Virus record (IMG/VR): IMGVR_UViG_3300045988_000128
Span: 1 to 5,814 of that record
Reading direction: 5' to 3' (one strand)
Source: a virus
DNA length: 5,814 nucleotides
This document shows positions 1-5,078 of this stretch, piece after piece. A model generated the notes under the pieces. The model had not been told where the DNA came from. It ran no database searches and saw only the letters and a program-made list of their open reading frames with translations. The translations under genes and the position numbers were made by a program. The number at the start of each line of letters is the position of its first letter. Position 1 is the stretch's first letter.

Positions 1-55
1 GAAATGAATATTATGAACTAGGACAGCAAAAACCGTTCGCTTGTATGAGCCTTAA
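1..55. repeat. Direct terminal repeat copy 1 (identical to 5760..5814). It is an assembly signature of a circular genome of about 5,759 bp.
   Basis: 55/55 nt identity between 1..55 and 5760..5814, read directly from the sequence. The repeat may extend further left beyond the window start. Confidence 0.95.
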
Positions 56-335
56 ACCGGGTCTAGGAGATAGATATTACCAAGAGCACAAAGCAGAGAT
101 TTGGAAACAAGGCTACATCCAGTGCACAAACGGAAAGCGCGCACAAATACCACGCTATTATGAAAAAATGATGGAAGCTGAAAACCCACAAAGATTGTGG
201 AGAATTAAGCAGAACAGACAAGCAGCAGCAATAGATACAAACCGTAAAAAATACGAAAACGCAGACTTTGCAGACCAATGCAAGACGAAAGAAAGAGTAA
301 TCAAAAAGCAGATGAAGAAGAAAGGGACACTTTAA
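1..335 (+). CDS. VP4: Replication initiation protein Rep (VP4-like, HUH rolling-circle endonuclease), C-terminal part. It continues from 5075..5814 across the circular junction. The full protein is about 339 aa.
   Basis: Codon phase starts at nt 3 and the stop is TAA at 333..335. The translation ...FACMSLKPGLGDRYY... continues the frame that ends the window (…YVAGYVTKKMYEIDGKKGNEYYELGQQKPFACMSL). The 'MS.KPGLG' block is typical of microvirus Rep C-terminal regions. The tracked ORF 45..335 is only an internal Met within this frame. Confidence 0.88.
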   Translation, partial: NEYYELGQQKPFACMSLKPGLGDRYYQEHKAEIWKQGYIQCTNGKRAQIPRYYEKMMEAENPQRLWRIKQNRQAAAIDTNRKKYENADFADQCKTKERVIKKQMKKKGTL

Positions 336-353
336 CAGTGTCATGGTGTCACC

Positions 354-386
354 TAGCCCAGTACCTATCAAGTAGGCACTGGGCTA
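354..386 (+). other. Long imperfect hairpin immediately downstream of the Rep stop. It is a candidate Rep terminator or structural/origin element.
   Basis: tagcccagt (354-362) pairs with actgggcta (378-386) and ccta (364-367) pairs with tagg (373-376), with one mismatch (363/377) and a 5-nt loop tcaag. There is no downstream T-run. Confidence 0.5.
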
Positions 387-440
387 TATTAGATCAAGCG
401 CCGTATATTATATAACTTGTTGTAGCCGTAGTAGTAGAGA

Positions 441-616
441 CTGTGAAAAAGTTGAAAACAATAAAGATTATCCGTTATCACGTTATTTTTAAGAAAAATT
501 ACTAGTTGAAAGTTTTATTGAAAACTTGTTGAAATGTTGAAAGTTAGTCAAAATGACGAAAAGCATTGTGCAACATTTTGTGGAAAACCTGTTGAAACTG
601 TTGAAACTGTTGAAAA
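441..616 (+). repeat. Iteron-like array of (C)TGTTGAAA(C) direct repeats, ending in three perfect tandem 9-mers CTGTTGAAA at 589..615.
   Basis: TTGAAA cores at 452-457, 506-511, 518-523, 529-534, 537-542, 592-597, 601-606 and 610-615, plus degenerate copies ctgtgaaaaa (441-450) and tgtggaaaac (579-588). Tandem units are 589-597, 598-606 and 607-615. Confidence 0.85.
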
Positions 617-687
617 CGCGCAAGCGCGCAAGGAATGAATTTAGCCGAGCTCCGCGTTCGCTACGCACGGCAAGGCGCTAAAGCGCC
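617..687 (+). promoter_or_regulatory. GC-rich structured island in an otherwise AT-rich intergenic region. It contains a tandem direct repeat CGCGCAAG x2 (617..632), a SacI-type palindrome GAGCTC (647..652) and a GC hairpin ggcgc-taaa-gcgcc (674..687).
   Basis: Seen directly. Local GC is far above the surrounding sequence. The hairpin stem is 5 bp of pure G/C with a 4-nt loop and no T-tract, so it is not a terminator. Confidence 0.5.
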
Positions 688-709
688 ATTCAAGCCAGAA
701 AAATAATTG

Positions 710-738
710 TTGACAAGCAGAAAAAAGAACGCTATAAT
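710..738 (+). promoter_or_regulatory. Sigma70/sigma-A-type promoter with perfect consensus hexamers, driving the zinc-ribbon, peptidase, small-ORF, VP3 and VP1 gene block.
   Basis: TTGACA at 710-715, a 17-nt spacer and TATAAT at 733-738. The predicted TSS is near 745-746. It is followed by RBS AAGGTGGAG (749-757) and ATG at 764. Confidence 0.7.
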
Positions 739-763
739 AGAATCACGAAAGGTGGAGAAAAAC

Positions 764-949
764 ATGAACGAAAAGTCATACAAACACGCCGTCCTAATGA
801 TGCGAATGCCACGAAGTCCGCACCCAGACGGAGACGAACACATTCTAGCATGTCCTAATTGCGGGAGCGGGGAATACCTACTCAATCAGGATGGAGCAGA
901 AAACGCATATTGCGGAAAATGCGGACAGGCCATAGAGTGGAAGGAGTGA
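764..949 (+). CDS. Small Cys4 zinc-ribbon protein (61 aa) of unknown function. It is the first gene after the promoter.
   Basis: ATG 764 lies 6 nt after AAGGTGGAG. The protein is MNEKSYKHAVLMMRMPRSPHPDGDEHILACPNCGSGEYLLNQDGAENAYCGKCGQAIEWKE, with CxxC-x17-CxxC. The tracked ORF start 707 (TTG) overlaps the -35 box and is rejected. The stop is TGA at 947-949. Confidence 0.6.
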   Translation: MNEKSYKHAVLMMRMPRSPHPDGDEHILACPNCGSGEYLLNQDGAENAYCGKCGQAIEWKE

Positions 950-951
950 CT

Positions 952-1344
952 ATGAGCATCGAATGCTATATCATGGACACAGACGCAAACGAAAATGTTG
1001 GAAAATACTTTAAGGTAAAAGAGTTTGCTTGCAAAGACGGAAGTCAAATTGTATTCATTGACGACTACCTATACACCATTCTGGACATCCTAAGAAACAA
1101 GCTGGGAAAACCGGTCATCATCACCAGCGGATACAGAACGCCGGAGTGGAACGCAAAATGCGGAGGAGCAAAATATAGCTACCATATGCGCGGTATGGCT
1201 GCGGACATCCGGGTTAATGGCATGAAACCCAAAGAACTTGCTAACAAACTGAATGGAATTGTCCCGGAAGAATGTGGCATTATCGTATACAAAAGCTGGG
1301 TGCATTTTGATGTGCGCAAAGCAAAATACAGAAAGGGGATATAA
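952..1344 (+). CDS. Peptidase M15 (M15_3/VanY-like zinc D,D- or L,D-peptidase), a putative endolysin. It is 130 aa.
   Basis: ATG 952 lies 5 nt after AAGGAG (941-946). Family-defining motifs are present: F.VKEFAC, SGYRTPEWNAKCGGAKYSYH, the Zn-ligand pattern HMRGMAAD (H-x6-D) and the final His in WVHFDV. The tracked upstream extension (859 TTG) overlaps the previous gene and is rejected. Confidence 0.85.
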   Translation: MSIECYIMDTDANENVGKYFKVKEFACKDGSQIVFIDDYLYTILDILRNKLGKPVIITSGYRTPEWNAKCGGAKYSYHMRGMAADIRVNGMKPKELANKLNGIVPEECGIIVYKSWVHFDVRKAKYRKGI

Positions 1345-1345
1345 A

Positions 1346-1450
1346 ATGGCACTGGTAAGTCTGAAGGACATTAAACAGGCAATCGCAGTAATGCAGAAGA
1401 TTCTCGAAAAACTGGATGAAATCTACCACGCTCTGCACGACAAGGGCTAA
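1346..1450 (+). CDS. Hypothetical small protein (34 aa, predicted helical).
   Basis: ATG 1346 lies 6 nt after AAGGGGA and directly follows the peptidase stop (TAA 1342-1344). The protein is MALVSLKDIKQAIAVMQKILEKLDEIYHALHDKG. It is too short for homology inference. Confidence 0.4.
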   Translation: MALVSLKDIKQAIAVMQKILEKLDEIYHALHDKG

Positions 1451-1465
1451 GAAAGGAGAACAGCA

Positions 1466-1690
1466 ATGATCAAATCATGGAACGTACGCGACCAGACCAA
1501 AGAAGCACTGGAAGAACTTCTAAGACGAAAGTACAAGGAGATTGACGGCAACTACAAAATGTTGAAAAAAATCTCAAACATCAACGATGCAAAGAAGCTG
1601 CTAGATGAAATCTGGGAGATGAAGAGCTTTGCAAACGCAATCGAGATGGAGCTAATCAGAAGGGAGTACAACGATGGCACGACATCGTAA
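1466..1690 (+). CDS. Hypothetical protein (74 aa, helical/coiled-coil-like).
   Basis: ATG 1466 lies 7 nt after AAGGAG (1453-1458). The ORF is intact and I recognise no motif. Confidence 0.5.
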   Translation: MIKSWNVRDQTKEALEELLRRKYKEIDGNYKMLKKISNINDAKKLLDEIWEMKSFANAIEMELIRREYNDGTTS

Positions 1691-1796
1691 GAAGATGAAC
1701 GGCGCAAAAGACCGCCGTATGTTCAACGTAACCGCACGCAAAACCAAAGCTATCAATCTCAGTCAGAAGCCCATGCGTGGTGGCATCCGACTGTAA
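1674..1796 (+). CDS. Small highly basic protein (40 aa), a putative DNA-binding/packaging protein analogous to microvirus J / gokushovirus VP8.
   Basis: ATG 1674 lies 7 nt after AAGGGAG (1660-1666). The protein is MARHRKKMNGAKDRRMFNVTARKTKAINLSQKPMRGGIRL, with 13 of 40 residues Arg/Lys. It overlaps the 3' end of the previous ORF by 17 nt. It is absent from the ORF track because of the size cutoff. Confidence 0.6.
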   Translation: MARHRKKMNGAKDRRMFNVTARKTKAINLSQKPMRGGIRL

Positions 1797-1814
1797 GAGA
1801 AAAGGAGCAAAACA

Positions 1815-2054
1815 ATGAAACACAACTACTACGGAATCTGGGACAGTGTGGCAAAGTGCTACGCATGGGTCGGTGAAAGCAAGAACGATGCAACCTTTGC
1901 ACGTATGTGCAATGTGATGGAAAAGGACGAAAAAACCTTCATTGGGCAGAGTCCGCAGGACTACACCGGCTTCAAGTTGGCAATCTTTGAAGACGAAAAC
2001 GGAACGTTTACGAACGACACGGAAAAAGTATGGGAGGGCAAGCCGAATGAATAA
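1815..2054 (+). CDS. Hypothetical protein (79 aa).
   Basis: ATG 1815 lies 7 nt after AAGGAG (1802-1807). The protein is MKHNYYGIWDSVAKCYAWVGESKNDATFARMC.... Its stop overlaps the next start (ATGAATAA). The pattern resembles a small conserved microvirus ORF, but that is recollection only. Confidence 0.5.
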   Translation: MKHNYYGIWDSVAKCYAWVGESKNDATFARMCNVMEKDEKTFIGQSPQDYTGFKLAIFEDENGTFTNDTEKVWEGKPNE

Positions 2055-2454
2055 ACGATACGAGGAAGGGCGAGAGCCCTTCTTTTCGAATACAGGCGAG
2101 AACGAACGAAAGCAGTACGTCTGGGCAAAAGACGAAAACGGCAAAGAATACCTTCAAGAGACAGCGCCTATCGACATTCAGGCTGAAATCGAAAGCTATG
2201 CAGACGAGTGCGATATTAAAAACATCGTGCGGAAAGCAAGTTTCGACCCGGAATTTCTGAAGAACCTGTCACAAGGCGCATTAACCACAGAGGAAACACC
2301 GCTCGTAGACATCACGGAATTCCCGCAGAATATCCACGAGTATCACCAGATGATAGCAACGGCACAAGCAAAAGCAATGCAGCTGGCAAAGCTACAGGAG
2401 ATGGCAAAAACAGAGCCTAAACCGAAAACCGAAGCAAAGGAGGAAGAACAGTGA
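2047..2454 (+). CDS. VP3: Putative internal scaffolding protein (VP3-like), 135 aa, with an acidic Lys/Glu-rich C-terminus.
   Basis: ATG 2047 follows GGGAGGG (2031-2037). It sits immediately upstream of VP1 and overlaps it. The motif ...YADECDIKNIVRKASF... resembles the conserved D-I-N-x-I block of gokushovirus VP3 scaffold proteins. The tracked start 1942 lies inside the previous gene and is rejected. Confidence 0.6.
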   Translation: MNKRYEEGREPFFSNTGENERKQYVWAKDENGKEYLQETAPIDIQAEIESYADECDIKNIVRKASFDPEFLKNLSQGALTTEETPLVDITEFPQNIHEYHQMIATAQAKAMQLAKLQEMAKTEPKPKTEAKEEEQ

Positions 2455-4145
2455 ACAGAAACAACGAAAGACACTTTCTGAATGTGCCACAGATGCACAC
2501 AAGCAGAACGCGTTTCAACCGTGACCAGACGATTTTGACCACGTTCGACAGCGGCAAGCTTATCCCGTTTTTCGTGGACGAAGTGCTACCGGGCGACACT
2601 TTCCAAGTCGACACAAGCGCTATCATCCGAATGACCACGCCAAAGTATCCGGTCATGGATGATGCATTCATAGACTTCTACTACTTCTATTGTCCAAACA
2701 GAATCTTGTATGATGACTTCAAGTATTTCATGGGAGAAGTAGAAGACAAGCCATGGGTACCGAGCAAAGAATACAAAATGCCGCAAATAGTATGTTTTGG
2801 AAATGAAGCAGAACCACAGCCACTCGAAAAAAGCATTCTGGACTATATGGGAGTGCCAACAAAAATCAAAAAACAATTTAGCATAAACGCACTGCCAGTG
2901 CGAGCCTATGTAAGAATCTGGAATGAATACTTCAGAGATGAAAACGTAGACAACAAAGCAACGCTAGTAACGGCTGGATTAGATCAAGCATACAGAGACA
3001 CAAACAAAGATGAAGACCTAGACAAAATCCTTGAAGAAGCACACGAAGGCGGACGGTGCCTACCTGTAAACAAGTTCCATGACTACTTCACAAGCTGTCT
3101 GCCATATCCGCAAAGAGGGCCGGAAATTTCATTACCGTTAACAGGAAATGCAGCGGTAAACCTGTTTACAGACCAAGAGCTAACAGAAAAAATGTCAACG
3201 GGTATCGATGGCGAAATCTACCTGAACAGCACAGTAACAGGAAACAACACATCGGTACCGAGGATGTTAAACTGGCCAACCGCGTCAAACACCTCACATC
3301 CGGTTCTAGTAAACGGAGCACCAAGCGATACAGACGCAAGCAAGTACCGCGCAGGATTCTTAGGTGCAGACCTGGCAAGTGTAACCGCAACAACAATCAA
3401 CGACTTGCGAAATGCTGTTGCAGTACAGCAGTATTACGAAGCACTAGCGCGTGGTGGCAGCAGATACCGCGAACAGGTACAGTCACTGTGGAACGTCACA
3501 ATCAGCGACAAAACGGTACAGATTCCTGAATATTTGGGCGGTGGACGCTATCACGTCAACATGAATCAGATTATCCAGACCAGCGGACAGCAGAGCAACA
3601 CAGATACACCCATCGGCGAAACTGGCGCAATGTCAGTAACGCCGGTAAATGAAAGCAGTTTCACAAAATCGTTCGAAGAGCACGGCTTTGTAATCGGTGT
3701 GATGTGTATTCGTCATAACCACAGCTACCAGCAGGGACTTGAACGTTTCTGGAGCAGAAAAGACAGGCTCGACTACTACGTGCCGCAGTTTGCAAACCTT
3801 GGCGAACAGCCTGTAAAGAAAAAGGAAATCATGCTGACCGGTGACGCATCAGACGAAGAAACTTTCGGCTATCAGGAAGCATGGGCAGACTACCGGATGA
3901 AACCAAACCGTGTAAGCGGACTTATGAGAAGCAACGCAACGGGAACGCTGGATTTCTGGCATTATGCAGACAACTATTCAGCAGTGCCGACACTGTCACA
4001 AGGCTGGATGGTAGAAGGAAAGAGCGAAATTGCAAGAACGCTCATCGTTCAAGACGAACCGCAGTTCTTCGGAGCAATCCGAGTAGCAAACAAAACTACC
4101 CGCTGTATGCCGTTGTACAGTGTACCGGGGCTGAACAAATTGTAA
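2451..4145 (+). CDS. VP1: Major capsid protein VP1 (phiX174 F-protein homologue), 564 aa.
   Basis: GTG start 2451 lies 6 nt after AAGGAGGA (2437-2444), in a GTGA overlap with the VP3 stop. The N-terminus MNRNNERHFLNVPQ...RTRFNRDQTILTTFDSGKLIPFFVDEVLPGDTF matches the highly conserved microvirus VP1 N-terminal signature. A long uninterrupted ORF ends at TAA 4143-4145. An alternative start at ATG 2493 would lose the conserved N-terminus. Confidence 0.92.
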   Translation: MNRNNERHFLNVPQMHTSRTRFNRDQTILTTFDSGKLIPFFVDEVLPGDTFQVDTSAIIRMTTPKYPVMDDAFIDFYYFYCPNRILYDDFKYFMGEVEDKPWVPSKEYKMPQIVCFGNEAEPQPLEKSILDYMGVPTKIKKQFSINALPVRAYVRIWNEYFRDENVDNKATLVTAGLDQAYRDTNKDEDLDKILEEAHEGGRCLPVNKFHDYFTSCLPYPQRGPEISLPLTGNAAVNLFTDQELTEKMSTGIDGEIYLNSTVTGNNTSVPRMLNWPTASNTSHPVLVNGAPSDTDASKYRAGFLGADLASVTATTINDLRNAVAVQQYYEALARGGSRYREQVQSLWNVTISDKTVQIPEYLGGGRYHVNMNQIIQTSGQQSNTDTPIGETGAMSVTPVNESSFTKSFEEHGFVIGVMCIRHNHSYQQGLERFWSRKDRLDYYVPQFANLGEQPVKKKEIMLTGDASDEETFGYQEAWADYRMKPNRVSGLMRSNATGTLDFWHYADNYSAVPTLSQGWMVEGKSEIARTLIVQDEPQFFGAIRVANKTTRCMPLYSVPGLNKL

Positions 4146-4156
4146 GAAAGGAGGAA

Positions 4157-4182
4157 GCCCGGGCAAAACCCGGGCTATTTTT
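4157..4182 (+). terminator. Rho-independent terminator or attenuator between VP1 and VP2.
   Basis: gcccggg (4157-4163), loop caaaa, cccgggc (4169-4175), then tattttt (4176-4182). The stem is GC-rich and perfect, 7 bp (8 bp with the flanking A-T pair). Confidence 0.7.
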
Positions 4183-4184
4183 AA

Positions 4185-5078
4185 ATGTCAATACTAGGAG
4201 CAATCGGAGCAGCCGGAAAAGCAGTAGGTGGATGGCTTGCAAGTAATCCACAAGTAGTAACAAGCGCACTGACGTTAGCAGGGAAAGGACTATCAAGCCA
4301 ATTCGGGCAAACGTCAGACAGCCAAAGCAGCGGATGGAATCAAAGCCAAAGCCAAGGCGCTGGCACAAGCTCGTCAAGCAGCGAGGGCGGCACAAACGAC
4401 AAGCAAATCATGGAATACCTAGATAAGTTCTATAGTTGGCAAGGCGGGCAGAACGCTTTCCAAAGCAAAACAAACCGGCAAAATATGCTTATGCAGATGG
4501 GCTACAACACGCTAGGAGCAATCCAGCAAGGCGTATATAACGCAATTGAACGAAACACGGCAATGCAGTACAACAGCGCAGAAGCACTTGCAAACAGGAA
4601 CTTTCAAGAGCGCATGAGCAGTACGGCATACCAAAGAGCTGTAGAAGATATGCGGAAAGCCGGACTTAACCCTATCCTGGCATACGCAAACGGCGGTGCA
4701 AGCACACCGGGCGGCTCAGGAGCAACAATCACAGGTGCAAGTATGGGTATGCCATCAGCAAGCGCACTGGGCGTATCTACAATGAATGGAAATGTGCCAA
4801 ACAGTTATTACAGCCGGTCAGAAAGTCAGGCACAATGGTATCAGCTTGCAGAAGCCGTGGGAAGTCAGCTAAGCACAAGCCACAGCAGCCCAACAGCACT
4901 TGTAAACGACCTGTTAAAAACATACAAAGCCATGGAAAAGACGGAAGATACCGTACCGGGAGCAGCCGGGGGCGGTGGACGAAACAAACCGAAAACAGGA
5001 GAAAGCAGAGAAATGAAGCCACAAAACAAAACGGGAAATTATGGAGAAAAAAGAAAGCCAGGTGATTATTTAAGGTGA
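4185..5078 (+). CDS. VP2: Minor capsid / DNA pilot protein VP2 (phiX174 H-like), 297 aa.
   Basis: It is the first codon after the in-frame stop at 4182-4184. The N-terminus is glycine-rich and hydrophobic (MSILGAIGAAGKAVGGWLAS). There is a Ser/Gln/Gly low-complexity linker and the conserved block NFQERMSSTAYQRAVEDMRKAGLNPILAY typical of gokushovirus-type VP2. The SD (AAAGGAGGA 4147-4155) lies upstream of the terminator hairpin. Confidence 0.85.
   Translation: MSILGAIGAAGKAVGGWLASNPQVVTSALTLAGKGLSSQFGQTSDSQSSGWNQSQSQGAGTSSSSSEGGTNDKQIMEYLDKFYSWQGGQNAFQSKTNRQNMLMQMGYNTLGAIQQGVYNAIERNTAMQYNSAEALANRNFQERMSSTAYQRAVEDMRKAGLNPILAYANGGASTPGGSGATITGASMGMPSASALGVSTMNGNVPNSYYSRSESQAQWYQLAEAVGSQLSTSHSSPTALVNDLLKTYKAMEKTEDTVPGAAGGGGRNKPKTGESREMKPQNKTGNYGEKRKPGDYLR

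Noticed and set aside
45-335. Stand-alone 96-aa gene from the ORF track.
   Set aside because: It is not an independent gene. It is the C-terminal third of Rep, whose frame is open from the window start and contiguous with 5075..5814 across the circular junction.
63-371. Minus-strand ORF (102 aa) antisense to the Rep C-terminus.
   Set aside because: It is Cys/Phe/Leu-rich low-complexity antisense translation with no RBS. Microviridae genes are all on the virion-sense strand, and it overlaps well-supported Rep coding sequence.
428-440. (GTA)n trinucleotide micro-repeat gtagtagtagag.
   Set aside because: Only about 3-4 units. It is probably incidental and has no distinctive context.
441-700. 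Possible CRISPR array or tRNA/ncRNA in the intergenic region.
   Set aside because: Repeats are 9 bp and contiguous, so this is an iteron arrangement and not a 25-40 bp repeat-spacer architecture. No cloverleaf-compatible structure or conserved tRNA boxes are seen.
707-949. Longer version of the zinc-ribbon ORF starting at TTG 707.
   Set aside because: That start lies upstream of the -10 element and TSS of the promoter at 710-738 and overlaps the -35 box. ATG 764 has a proper SD.
859-1344. Longer peptidase ORF starting at TTG 859 (or ATG 919).
   Set aside because: It would overlap the zinc-ribbon gene by about 90 nt and add an Arg-rich extension outside the M15 domain. ATG 952 has an AAGGAG SD at ideal spacing directly after the upstream stop.
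1253-1450. 65-aa ORF starting inside the peptidase gene.
   Set aside because: The 5' part is an off-frame read of peptidase coding sequence. The internal ATG 1346 with its own SD is the plausible start.
1656-2144. 162-aa minus-strand ORF, with other minus-strand ORFs at 661..885, 1090..1371, 2417..2671, 2586..2876, 3166..3400, 4096..4395, 4777..5022, 5083..5283 and 5484..5702.
   Set aside because: All are antisense to well-supported + strand genes, are enriched in C/F/L/R as expected for reverse-frame artefacts of A-rich coding DNA, and lack SD sites. Unidirectional transcription is the rule for Microviridae.
1942-2454. 170-aa ORF as the VP3 gene (start 1942).
   Set aside because: The first 35 codons overlap the 79-aa ORF out of frame and have no RBS. 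ATG 2047 is preceded by GGGAGGG and abuts the previous stop (ATGAATAA).
3881-4246. 121-aa basic + strand ORF overlapping the VP1 3' end, the terminator and the VP2 start.
   Set aside because: It is an off-frame read of VP1 with no RBS and runs straight through the terminator hairpin. Its composition is typical of frame-shifted A/G-rich sequence.
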